The position numbers were made by a program, and so were the translations under genes. The notes under the pieces were generated by a model. That model was not told the DNA's origin and ran no database searches. It saw only the letters and a list, made by a program, of their open reading frames with translations. A stretch of 64,000 nucleotides of DNA, taken from contig CAJXVJ010000001.1 of NCBI GenBank assembly GCA_913061105.1, forward strand, positions 12,676 to 76,675, in the 5' to 3' direction. The DNA is from an uncultured Alcanivoracaceae bacterium (lineage in GTDB: Bacteria; Pseudomonadota; Gammaproteobacteria; Xanthomonadales; Marinicellaceae). Position 1 is the first letter of the stretch. Each line of letters starts with the position of its first letter. Below are positions 37,077-46,828 of the stretch, piece by piece.

Positions 37077-37192
37077 TTTATAAATAAATATATTTGTATT
37101 TAGTAAATTAATTTAATTTGACAAATATTTGCCTCGATTGGAGCTTTTATCATTCTTTTTTTCATCGTCCCAGAGTTATACAAAGGTCTCTT

Positions 37193-37879
37193 TTAAAAGG
37201 TTCTTCCAAACCCAACTCCTAGAACCAAAGGATTTATATCTATGTCAACAGATACAGGGCCTAAAGCTGAGTCAAAGGTTGCTTCTGTGTCAATTTGAAT
37301 GTATTTTACATCAACGTTAAAAGACCAATTATTTTTCATTTCAAAATCTATGCCGAATTGGCCAGCTAAACCAAATGATGAATCAATGTCTAGATTACCT
37401 GCACCCAGTGCTGAAACCGCACCGGCAGTAAGGTCATCATTAAAAAACAGGGTGTAGTTTAGTCCCACACCAGCATAAGGTCTAACCTTGCCTTTGGGAT
37501 TAAAATGGTATTGAGCAAACAATGTCGGTGGCAAAACATTAGTTTCAACCACTTCGGTCCCATCTGGCACACCAAGGGCTTCTGGCAAGCCATAGACACT
37601 GGCACTGTGCTTACTGCTTAAATCAGCCAAAACCTCTAATGAAAAATTATCCGTCAACATATACCCAATTGATATATCTAACGAAGGATTGTCATCAACA
37701 GTGACTCCGGTTCCTGCCAAATCTGAACCACCAACATTTAATGCGCTGCTGTCATCATTTGGATTAACATTAATGGCTCTAACATGTAACAACCAATCGC
37801 CTTTTTCAACTGCCAATGCGTTTGATGAAACGCCTGCAAGGGCCAATAAACTTAGTGGTAATAACTTTCTTAATTTCAT
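37193..37879 (-). CDS. ompW: outer membrane protein OmpW family
   Basis: 228 aa with a signal peptide. It has an alternating beta-strand pattern, a C-terminal …GVGFGRTF and the typical motif PYAGVGLNYT. Confidence 0.8.
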   Translation of the reverse strand: MKLRKLLPLSLLALAGVSSNALAVEKGDWLLHVRAINVNPNDDSSALNVGGSDLAGTGVTVDDNPSLDISIGYMLTDNFSLEVLADLSSKHSASVYGLPEALGVPDGTEVVETNVLPPTLFAQYHFNPKGKVRPYAGVGLNYTLFFNDDLTAGAVSALGAGNLDIDSSFGLAGQFGIDFEMKNNWSFNVDVKYIQIDTEATFDSALGPVSVDIDINPLVLGVGFGRTF

Positions 37880-38255
37880 ATTTTTTCTCTATTGTTTTGA
37901 TGGTGAAATTATATGGGTTATTGTGGTTTTTTTAATTGACTAAAATCAAAAATTTAAAGATAGTTTATATAACTTATTGCTCCTCTTTTATTGTTAGATA
38001 ATAGTCATTACACACTTGTGTTTTTAGGCGTTAATATTGAGATTAAAGTTGTTACAATTGACTGTTGTTTTTACTTACTTTTTATGGATTGGCCTCTTAA
38101 TTCTATCAATTTAACTGTTATAGTAGAATCCGTTTACCTCATTAATAAGCTTAACAATGTCTTATAATTGACTGATTTCCCTTAAAAACACCCATGAATC
38201 GTCAATTTGAAGGTTTTTTATTGAAAATAGTCAGGTAATTGTTAGAAGGATGCTC

Positions 38256-38499
38256 TATAATGCACGCAAATCAGGCGTTGACGCAAAATGTTATGTTTTG
38301 TCAATGCGGGTTGAGAATACAAGCACTAAGACTTATGTGAGTTTAACTCGCTGTCAATGCCCACATCTTATCTATACTACATTTTACTTAAATTTTTTTT
38401 TGTAATTTTGAATCCTGAATTTACATGAAATTCTTACATCGAAACGGTGAATTCGATTGTAGGATTATTTATTTTTCACCAACAAAGAAGAAGTATATT
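38256..38499 (+). promoter_or_regulatory. cspA promoter (-10 TATAAT at 38256..38261) and a long (~230 nt) 5' UTR
   Basis: A TATAAT hexamer is followed by a long untranslated stretch with an imperfect hairpin (about 38277-38312). A long structured leader is a hallmark of cold-shock csp genes. Confidence 0.4.
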
Positions 38500-38706
38500 A
38501 TGAGTAAAGGTACAGTTAAGTGGTTCAACCCTGATAAAGGTTTTGGTTTTATTACCCCTGAAGATGGCAGCAAAGATTTGTTTGTTCATCACACAGCAAT
38601 TCAAAGTGGTGGCGGTTTCGCTACTTTAAACGACGGCCAAGCCGTTGAGTTTGAAATTGGTGAAGGCCAAAAAGGCCCATGTGCAAACAACGTCGTTCCT
38701 CAATAA
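38500..38706 (+). CDS. cspA: cold-shock protein, CspA family
   Basis: [31 protein letters not shown] contains the RNP1 and RNP2 motifs. I chose the ATG at 38500 rather than 38425. Confidence 0.9.
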   Translation: MSKGTVKWFNPDKGFGFITPEDGSKDLFVHHTAIQSGGGFATLNDGQAVEFEIGEGQKGPCANNVVPQ

Positions 38707-38729
38707 GAGTAACAACAGTTTAAACATCA

Positions 38730-38759
38730 AAAAAGCCGGTCTTGTTCCGGCTTTTTTTG
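38730..38759 (+). terminator. rho-independent terminator after cspA
   Basis: AAAAAGCCGG-tcttgt-TCCGGCTTTTTTT. Confidence 0.75.
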
Positions 38760-38778
38760 TGTTTTTTTATTCTGACTA

Positions 38779-39225
38779 TTATTGACTTATAGAATATTTG
38801 GAACTGTGGTTTTCAATATAATACAAAGCCCCAATCTCATTTGTTATCTGCTTATTTTCAAAAGGCTTAAGTTGAACATACCATTCTTTTTTAATTTCTT
38901 TCAAATAGTCTGCATGTGATAATATGGCAAATTTAATAATTTGTTCATCGTATTTTCCATTTATCACATCAAGTACTTTCGCTTCATGGGTGTACCAAAA
39001 AGACATTGGTATACAATCAAACCCTTCAGAACATTGACTACTTGAGGGATATAAGCCGGTCCAAGTTGTTCTGTTTACTTTTACAACTAATAACAATTCA
39101 TTTGTATTAAGATCGAATTTATTCACTATGTTAGGGTTTGGACCAACATAACGATTAACGCAACCAATTAAAGAAGTAAAAATTAAATAAGCTACTAATA
39201 ATTTTAATATGTTTAGACCTGTCAT
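38779..39225 (-). CDS. lipoprotein, unknown function
   Basis: 148 aa. Lipobox SLIGC-V. Confidence 0.45.
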   Translation of the reverse strand: MTGLNILKLLVAYLIFTSLIGCVNRYVGPNPNIVNKFDLNTNELLLVVKVNRTTWTGLYPSSSQCSEGFDCIPMSFWYTHEAKVLDVINGKYDEQIIKFAILSHADYLKEIKKEWYVQLKPFENKQITNEIGALYYIENHSSKYSISQ

Positions 39226-39350
39226 AATTATTCTCTTAAAAGTTCCACGTTGGTTTTGTGCTCTTATTTATTGATTAACTACTTTAATAAAAATTCACGG
39301 TTTTCAATGAGGTTCCCGCCTTCGTGGGAATGACGGTTTTATTTATATAA

Positions 39351-41942
39351 TTAGGAGTTAGAGCTCAAAAAATCATTAGCAAATCTTTGTAACACTCCAC
39401 CAGCATCATAAACAGAAACCTCGTCTTCGGTATCTAGTCGACATTTGACGGGTATCTCAATGCTTTCAACATTTTTGCGGTGCATAATCACCCGCATATT
39501 TGAGCCTGCTGCGATTTCGCCTTGGACATCATAAGTTTCTGTGCCATCAATTTTGTAAGTTTTTCGGGTTTCATTGTTGGTGAACTCTAACGGCAAAACA
39601 CCCATGCCCAATAAGTTTGTGCGGTGAATGCGTTCGAAGCCTTCAGCCACAATAACTTCAACTCCTGCTAATCGCACGCCTTTGGCGGCCCAGTCTCTGG
39701 ATGAGCCTTGTCCATAATCGGCACCGGCAATAATACACAGCGGTTGAGAACGGTCCATATAGGTTTCGATGGTTTCCCACATGCGCATTTGGGTTCCTTC
39801 TGGCTCTAATCTGGCCAGTGAACCTTGTTTGATTTCACCGTTTTCATCAAGAACCATTTCATTAAACAGTTTTGGATTAGCAAAAGTGGCACGTTGTGCG
39901 GTTAAGTGGTCTCCCCGATGGGTGGCATAAGAATTGAAGTCCACTTCTGGCAAACCCATCTTATCCAAATATGCACCAGCGGCGCTGGATAATTGTATTG
40001 CGTTTGATGGGGACAAATGATCGGTGGTGATGTTGTCACCCAATACTGCCAAGGGTCGCATGCCTTTCATGGTACGTTTTGCTGCCAGCGCTCCTTCCCA
40101 ATACGGCGGTCGGCGAATGTAGGTGCTTTGTGAACGCCAATCATACAAAGGATTGCTTTTTTCGCCAGAATCAATGTTGAGCTTAAACATGGGCTCATAG
40201 ACTTTGGTGAAGTGTTCTGGTTTGACACTGGCCTTAATAACAGCATTGATTTCTGCATCTGTTGGCCAGATGTCTTTGAGGGTAATTTCATTGCCCTTTT
40301 GATCTGTTCCTAATACATCTTTTTCAATATCAAATCGAATCGAACCGGCTATGGCATAAGCCACCACCAATGGCGGTGAGGCCAAAAAGGCTTGGTCGGC
40401 ATTTGGATGAATGCGGCCATCGAAATTTCGGTTGCCAGAAAGCACGGCGACTGAAAATAAATCGCGGTCTTCGATTTCTTTTTTAATCTTTGGGTCTAAA
40501 GCGCCACTCATGCCATTACAAGAGGTACAGGCATAACCCACCACGCCAAAGCCTAACTGTTCTAATTCGGGCAATAAGTTTGATTCTTCTAAATAAAGGG
40601 TAACGGCTTTTGAACCTGGTGCCAATGATGTTTTGACCCAAGGTTTACGGGTTAATCCCAACCTGTTTGCATTGCGTGCGATTAACCCTGCGGCTATCAT
40701 GTTGCGCGGATTACTGGTATTGGTACACGAAGTAATGGCAGCAATGATACAAGCACCATCAGGCATGAGTCCATCATGTGAATGATAATCACCGGTGATG
40801 CCTCTGGCAGCCAAGTCTTTGACGGGTAATTTGGTGTGTGGATTGGAAGGTCCTGCCAATGTGCGCTCTACTTCTGATAAATTAAAAGTCAGTACACGCT
40901 CATATTCGGCGCCAACCATGTCATCTGCCCACAACCCTGTTTGTTTGGCATAGGTTTCAACCAATTTTACTTGTTCTGCATCTCTGCCGGTTAAATTTAA
41001 ATAATCTATGGTTTGTTGGTCGATTGAAAACATGGCAGCTGTGGCGCCAAACTCAGGAGTCATATTGGATATGGTAGCGCGATCACCCAATGTTAAGGCG
41101 CTTGCTCCTTCACCATAAAATTCTATATAACTTGAAACCACTTTTGAGTTGCGCAAAAATTCGGTGATAGCCAAAACAATATCAGTACTTGTAATGCCTT
41201 CTTGTGGTTTGCCTAATAATTCTACTCCAATAATGTCTGGCAGGCGCATATAAGATGGACGACCCAACATGACGCTCTCGGCCTCTAATCCACCCACTCC
41301 AACAGCAATAACTCCCAAAGCATCGACCATCGGTGTGTGTGAGTCCGTGCCAACCAAAGTATCTGGAAAAGCCACACCATCGCGTGCTTGTATTACTGGC
41401 GACATGCGCTCTAAATTAATTTGATGCATAATACCATTGCCAGGAGGAACCACATTAACGTTTTTAAAGGCTGTTTTGCACCAATCGATAAAGTGAAAAC
41501 GGTCTTCGTTTCGGCGGTCTTCGATGGCTCGGTTTTTCTCAAAAGCATCTTTTTCAAAACCAGCATGTTCAACAGCCAAGGAGTGATCGACAATTAATTG
41601 CGTTGGTACCACTGGATTGATTTGTGCAGGATCGCCGCCTTTATCAGCAATCGCATCGCGCAAACCCGCCAAATCAACAAAGGCCGTTTGACCCAAAATA
41701 TCATGACAGACTACACGGGCAGGAAACCAGGGAAAATCCAAATCGCTTTTGCGTTGAATCAGTTGGCTTAAAGCCGCATTTAAATCTTGTGGGGGACAAC
41801 GGCGCACCAAGTTTTCAGCCAAAACCTTCGAAGTATACGGCAATTTGGCATAAGCGCCTGCTTCAATGCTTTCAACGGCTTGTTTGGTATCGAAATAATC
41901 CAACCTTGTGTTGGCTAAGGGTTTGCGAAAATTTGTGTTCAT
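39351..41942 (-). CDS. acnD: Fe/S-dependent 2-methylisocitrate dehydratase AcnD
   Basis: 863-aa aconitase-family protein. The N-terminus (LDYFDTKQAVESIEAGAYAKLPYTSKVLAENLVRRC) and the length match AcnD rather than AcnA. prpF and prpBC lie nearby. Confidence 0.8.
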   Translation of the reverse strand: MNTNFRKPLANTRLDYFDTKQAVESIEAGAYAKLPYTSKVLAENLVRRCPPQDLNAALSQLIQRKSDLDFPWFPARVVCHDILGQTAFVDLAGLRDAIADKGGDPAQINPVVPTQLIVDHSLAVEHAGFEKDAFEKNRAIEDRRNEDRFHFIDWCKTAFKNVNVVPPGNGIMHQINLERMSPVIQARDGVAFPDTLVGTDSHTPMVDALGVIAVGVGGLEAESVMLGRPSYMRLPDIIGVELLGKPQEGITSTDIVLAITEFLRNSKVVSSYIEFYGEGASALTLGDRATISNMTPEFGATAAMFSIDQQTIDYLNLTGRDAEQVKLVETYAKQTGLWADDMVGAEYERVLTFNLSEVERTLAGPSNPHTKLPVKDLAARGITGDYHSHDGLMPDGACIIAAITSCTNTSNPRNMIAAGLIARNANRLGLTRKPWVKTSLAPGSKAVTLYLEESNLLPELEQLGFGVVGYACTSCNGMSGALDPKIKKEIEDRDLFSVAVLSGNRNFDGRIHPNADQAFLASPPLVVAYAIAGSIRFDIEKDVLGTDQKGNEITLKDIWPTDAEINAVIKASVKPEHFTKVYEPMFKLNIDSGEKSNPLYDWRSQSTYIRRPPYWEGALAAKRTMKGMRPLAVLGDNITTDHLSPSNAIQLSSAAGAYLDKMGLPEVDFNSYATHRGDHLTAQRATFANPKLFNEMVLDENGEIKQGSLARLEPEGTQMRMWETIETYMDRSQPLCIIAGADYGQGSSRDWAAKGVRLAGVEVIVAEGFERIHRTNLLGMGVLPLEFTNNETRKTYKIDGTETYDVQGEIAAGSNMRVIMHRKNVESIEIPVKCRLDTEDEVSVYDAGGVLQRFANDFLSSNS

Positions 41943-42031
41943 GTGTTTTCCCAGAATAATGTTATTTGTTAATATGTAGTTTATGCATGAGCAGAAATAG
42001 ATTATACAACTATCGGCTTTATCCTGATACT

Positions 42032-42553
42032 TTACAGCATCAACTTCATTAAGATATCTGTTTGTTTATCTACACCTACGATGAATATGTGTTTATCGAA
42101 AGCGATAAAACCATTTTTTTCATAAAAGCGAATCGCTTTAGAATTGTGTTCCCAAACACCCAACCACAAGTATTTTGACTTTTGAGTTTTGGCTATGCTT
42201 AAGGTTTTGTCATGCAACAATTGTCCTATGTTTTTGCCTTGAAACCCGTTTAAAACATAAATGCGTTCTAGCTCTAATGCTTGCATATCATGTTGTTCCG
42301 TCTGAGCCTTTGACCAATTAATCTTTAAATAACCCACCGTTTTATCATCGAGAATGGCAAAATAAAAAGCCGAATTTGGGTTGTTAAGCTCTTGGGTTAA
42401 TTGTTCTTCAGAAAAATTTTGTTGTAAATACTTTTGCATGTCTTCATCAGAATTGCTGTCTGCAAACGTTTCGAAAAAAGTTTGTTTTCCAATTTTTTGC
42501 AGTGTTTTTAAATCAGAAACACTTGCTTTAACTATTCTTATATTTTTTTCCAT
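42032..42553 (-). CDS. GNAT-family N-acetyltransferase
   Basis: 173 aa. The acetyl-CoA motif is RIYVLNGFQGKNIGQLL, followed by AIRFYEKNGF. Confidence 0.7.
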   Translation of the reverse strand: MEKNIRIVKASVSDLKTLQKIGKQTFFETFADSNSDEDMQKYLQQNFSEEQLTQELNNPNSAFYFAILDDKTVGYLKINWSKAQTEQHDMQALELERIYVLNGFQGKNIGQLLHDKTLSIAKTQKSKYLWLGVWEHNSKAIRFYEKNGFIAFDKHIFIVGVDKQTDILMKLML

Positions 42554-42724
42554 GTATTTCTATTTTATACATTTAAAAGATTAAAGTTATTATAACCTTA
42601 ATATTTTTGTTAAAACTCATAATTAATTGTGTTGGTTTTGTTGTGCCAGATAGTGTTTAATATTCTCTGCTCTAAAGACTATTATAGGTTATACTGGTGT
42701 TAACCATAATTATAGGGCACATCA

Positions 42725-44035
42725 TTGAAAACTTCTTCTGAAAAATATACCGCTCGTTCTGCAACATCAGTAATAGTTGCCAACATGATTGGAACTGGTG
42801 TCTTCGCAAGCCTTGGATTTCAGCTGGTTGATATTCAATCGGGTTTTGTCATTCTTATGTTGTGGGCAGTGGCCGGTTTAACTGCTTTGTGTGGTGCTTT
42901 AAGTTATGCTGAACTGGGTTCTGCCATGCCACGAGGTGGTGGTGAATACCACTTTTTAAGCAAAATATACCATCCAATGGTTGGTTTTGTCACCGGTTGG
43001 GTATCCGCTACAATTGGGTTTGCTGCTCCTGTTGCAGTTGTGGCTATTTTGTTTGCTGGATATTTTACTTCTGTTTATGACATTATCAATGACCAATTAT
43101 TGGCTGTTGGTTTAATTGTAACCATAACTGCTATTCATATTACTAACCACAAAAGCAGCGGAGGATTTCATCAATTAATGACTTTGTTTAAATTATTGGT
43201 GATTTTTGCTTTTATTGGTTCTGCATTGTTTCTGGTTGATAATCCTCAAGATATTTCTTTCATGCCATCGATAGCTGATAAGGATATAGTTTTTAGTGGC
43301 TCTTTTGCTGTTGCACTAATATTTGCTAATTACGCTTATATGGGTTGGAATTCAGCCACTTATTTATCCAGTGAAATTGAAAACCCAAGTAAAAATTTAC
43401 CAAAAATACTATTAACAGGAACCCTGATAGTTGCCATATTGTATGTGATTTTAAACTTTGTATTTTTATATGTCGCTCCAATTTCTGAAATGGTAGGGGT
43501 TAAAGAAATTGGTTATGTGGCTGCCCAACATATTTTTGGTGAAAAAGGTGCTGCCATAATGGGCATTAGTTTATCTATTGTTCTCATCTCTTCAGTAAGT
43601 GCCATGACCATGGCAGGACCTCGCGCTTTTCATGCCATAGGACAAGACTATACTGTGTTTTCAAAGTTGGCCAAAACCAACCAACACAATATTCCTGTTA
43701 ATGCCATTATTTTACAATCAGCTCTTAGTATCTTATTTGTGTTGACTTCTTCTTTTGAATTTATTTTAGTGTTTGCGGGTTTTACATTAGGCGTCAGTAA
43801 TTTTGCTACTGTTTTAGGCGTATTAGTATTAAGAAAAACCCAACCCGAATTGAAAAGACCCTATAGAACATGGTTATATCCTTTAACGCCAATTCTCTAT
43901 TTATGTCTAATGGGCTGGACCTTAGTTTACATCATAAAAGACAAACCAGACGAGGCATTAATGAGCTTGGGTGTGATTGTCTTGGGAATAATCATGTACT
44001 TAATATCCAGCGCATTATCTAAACGAAGCGCTTAA
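42725..44035 (+). CDS. APC-superfamily amino acid permease
   Basis: 436 aa, 12 TM helices. The N-terminal ANMIGTGVFASLGF motif must lie after the start, so the TTG start at 42725 is kept. Confidence 0.65.
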   Translation: MKTSSEKYTARSATSVIVANMIGTGVFASLGFQLVDIQSGFVILMLWAVAGLTALCGALSYAELGSAMPRGGGEYHFLSKIYHPMVGFVTGWVSATIGFAAPVAVVAILFAGYFTSVYDIINDQLLAVGLIVTITAIHITNHKSSGGFHQLMTLFKLLVIFAFIGSALFLVDNPQDISFMPSIADKDIVFSGSFAVALIFANYAYMGWNSATYLSSEIENPSKNLPKILLTGTLIVAILYVILNFVFLYVAPISEMVGVKEIGYVAAQHIFGEKGAAIMGISLSIVLISSVSAMTMAGPRAFHAIGQDYTVFSKLAKTNQHNIPVNAIILQSALSILFVLTSSFEFILVFAGFTLGVSNFATVLGVLVLRKTQPELKRPYRTWLYPLTPILYLCLMGWTLVYIIKDKPDEALMSLGVIVLGIIMYLISSALSKRSA

Positions 44036-45423
44036 GCTTTAACGGTTTTATCTTTTGTTTTAAATAAAGCAATGCCGAAATAAGCAAAAACAATGGCTAA
44101 CAAAGGATTGAAATAGTTCAATAGAGCGTATGGAGCATAGTCTAAGGTTTGTACGCCCAATGTTGTGACATAAAATATACTGGTTGTGCTCCAAGGAATC
44201 AAAGCGGTGGTCAAGGTTGAGCCTTCTTCAACTGATCGAGATAAGACCGATGATTTAACACCTTTGTCTTTGTAGGCTTTTTTGTACAATTGGCTATTTA
44301 GAATAATCACAATATAGGTTTCTCCCATTGATAAGTTACCAGCAAAGGCCGTTGCTATGGTTGCTGCTACCAACGTTCCTGCTGATTTTATTCGAGCAAT
44401 AATGCCTTTAAGCAAAACTGTTAAAAATCCTGCACTGTGTAAAATCCCACCCATTGCAATCGCCATGAGCGACAATAACAATGTCCATGCCATGGAATAG
44501 AGACCTCCTCTTCCCAACAAATCATCAATCATTTTTGTTCCTGTTTCTGCAGGTTTGTTTTCCCACAATGCATTGGCAACCGTTGTGACAGAGTTTTCCT
44601 GATAGAGTATGGCAATAATGCTGGCCACAATAATGCTGGCAGTCATGGTCACTTCAGGAGCGTATCTTTTCATGCTTAATACGAACAGAACAATAATTGG
44701 AATAAAAGTAATAAAAGGATTGAGGTTAAAATGAGCTGCCAATACGCCTCGAATGGTTTCAATCTCTGCAAATGAAGCGGTTTGATCCACACCATATCCC
44801 ATGTAGGCAAACACCACTAATACAATTAAGAATGTTGGAACCGTTGTATATAACATAGATCGAATGTGTTCGTACAAGTCGGTATCAGAACTCATGGCGG
44901 CCAAATTTGTGGTATCAGAAACCGGCGACATTTTATCACCAAATGTGGCTCCCGAAATAATCATGCCCGCAACCAAAGGCAAAGGAATATTAAGCACCGT
45001 GCCTATGCCAATAAAGACCACACCCAAAGTACCTACTGTGCCCCATGAAGTGCCGGTGGCCAATGACATAAACGCACACAAAATTAATCCAACTGGTAAA
45101 AACCATTGGGCAGTTATCCAATCAAGCCCATAATAAATTAATGCCACCACAGTGCCACTTTTCATAAAGGAAGCAATCACCATGCCAATCAGCAAAAACA
45201 CGTAAATAGCAGAAAGAGAGCGTGAAATGCTCTCGCCCATCATGCGCCGAATGTCACCAAAACTGTGCCCCAATAATCTTGCGTTGATCGCCACCCAAAT
45301 TAATACAAGATATAAGACGATGTGCAAAGAAATGCCCATCTTGAAAAAACCAAATGAAATCATTAAAACTAAAGTGAGAAAAACCAGAATTGCATGGGGT
45401 AACGAACTGCTCTTTACTTGCAT
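44032..45423 (-). CDS. nhaC: Na+/H+ antiporter NhaC family
   Basis: 463 aa, polytopic. Length and helix pattern are typical of NhaC. Confidence 0.65.
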   Translation of the reverse strand: MQVKSSSLPHAILVFLTLVLMISFGFFKMGISLHIVLYLVLIWVAINARLLGHSFGDIRRMMGESISRSLSAIYVFLLIGMVIASFMKSGTVVALIYYGLDWITAQWFLPVGLILCAFMSLATGTSWGTVGTLGVVFIGIGTVLNIPLPLVAGMIISGATFGDKMSPVSDTTNLAAMSSDTDLYEHIRSMLYTTVPTFLIVLVVFAYMGYGVDQTASFAEIETIRGVLAAHFNLNPFITFIPIIVLFVLSMKRYAPEVTMTASIIVASIIAILYQENSVTTVANALWENKPAETGTKMIDDLLGRGGLYSMAWTLLLSLMAIAMGGILHSAGFLTVLLKGIIARIKSAGTLVAATIATAFAGNLSMGETYIVIILNSQLYKKAYKDKGVKSSVLSRSVEEGSTLTTALIPWSTTSIFYVTTLGVQTLDYAPYALLNYFNPLLAIVFAYFGIALFKTKDKTVKA

Positions 45424-45475
45424 TTTTAACCTTTAAATTTTAATATTGTTATTATCATAAAACTTCTGGTGTTAA

Positions 45476-46276
45476 ATGTCTCGTTTAAAAGGAAAAATTG
45501 CTCTGGTTACTGGTGCTGCCCGTGGTATTGGTCAAGCCGTTGCTGAAATGTTTGTTGCCCAAGGCGCCCGTGTCATTGTCTCAGATATAAACAATCAAGA
45601 AGGCAAAATTGTTGCTAGAAGTTTGGGCGAAAATGCTGAATACATATCACTGGATGTAGGAGTTGAATCTGATTGGGAAAAGGTTTCAGAACATATTTTA
45701 AACGCTTATGGTCAGTTGGATATATTGGTGAACAATGCTGGCATTACGGGCTTTTTTGAAACCTCTGGCCCCCATGATCCAGAAAATCTAGACCTTGAGA
45801 GTTGGCACAAAGTGCACCAAACCAATTTAGATGGTGTGGCACTGGGCTGCAAATATGCAATTGCATTAATGAAAAAATCAAACGCTGCCAGTATTGTCAA
45901 TATTTCTTCACGCTCTGGCATTGTTGGTATACCAGGTGCTGCCGCTTATGCCTCAAGCAAAGCTGCTGTGCGAAATCACAGCAAATCAGTGGCGCTTTAT
46001 TGCGCTGAGCAAAGTTACAAAATACGTTGTAATTCCATCCACCCTGGAGCCATTCTCACTCCCATGTGGGATGCCATGCTTGGTGATGGAGAGGCAAGAA
46101 TTGAGGCGATTAAAACAGTGGCCGCCGATGTGCCGTTACAAACCATGGGCGAACCAGATGATGTGGCTTATGCTGCGGTTTATTTGGCATCAGATGAATC
46201 TAAATACATTACCGGCATAGAATTAAATATCGATGGTGGAATTTTGGCAGGGAGTTCTGCTGCGCCCACACGTTAA
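45476..46276 (+). CDS. short-chain dehydrogenase/reductase (SDR)
   Basis: [10 protein letters not shown] cofactor motif, NNAG, and the catalytic YASSK (YxxxK). Confidence 0.8.
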   Translation: MSRLKGKIALVTGAARGIGQAVAEMFVAQGARVIVSDINNQEGKIVARSLGENAEYISLDVGVESDWEKVSEHILNAYGQLDILVNNAGITGFFETSGPHDPENLDLESWHKVHQTNLDGVALGCKYAIALMKKSNAASIVNISSRSGIVGIPGAAAYASSKAAVRNHSKSVALYCAEQSYKIRCNSIHPGAILTPMWDAMLGDGEARIEAIKTVAADVPLQTMGEPDDVAYAAVYLASDESKYITGIELNIDGGILAGSSAAPTR

Positions 46277-46828
46277 AGGTTTTTCTTCTTTTTTTCATTA
46301 TAAGCCCTATTAATGCGGCATGTTGACAGGTGACAAAGTTTTAACTTGGTGGTTTTTCTTAATCTTTTATTTCGTTTTGACTATTTTTACAACCAGCTTT
46401 GTATTGTTGCTAAAAGCTGCTAACATTCTTTAAAAACATGACAAAATGCTCGTATTTACTCACTTGTGATAAAAGCAAGCCTGTTTCCTGTTTTGTCTAA
46501 TCTCTTTTTTTAATCTTTGTTTACATTGTTTATGTTAAATAAATATCAAAAAAAAGGTAGTATTAAATACCACTAAATTATTTTAATTTTTGACTTGTTT
46601 TTAAAGGCATATGAAGTTTACAGCTCTTAACATATTTAAAATTGAGAATGTGTTTTCAAAATTGATTACCTTTTCTAATGCTGTGCTCGTTAAAAACACC
46701 TGTAAACACTACCCCAAAGCGTTGGTTAAAAAGTTGTTTGGTAAAATCTATTTTTTCTACCAAGCCCTTATCAATACCGTTCGGCCCCCTCAATTAAATG
46801 ACACTCCTTATCAAAGGATAAAAACATT

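Noticed and set aside
39351-41942. Calling the aconitase-family gene acnA.
   Set aside because: The length (863 aa), the N-terminal sequence pattern and the nearby prpF and prpBC fit AcnD better. A phylogenetic placement would confirm this.
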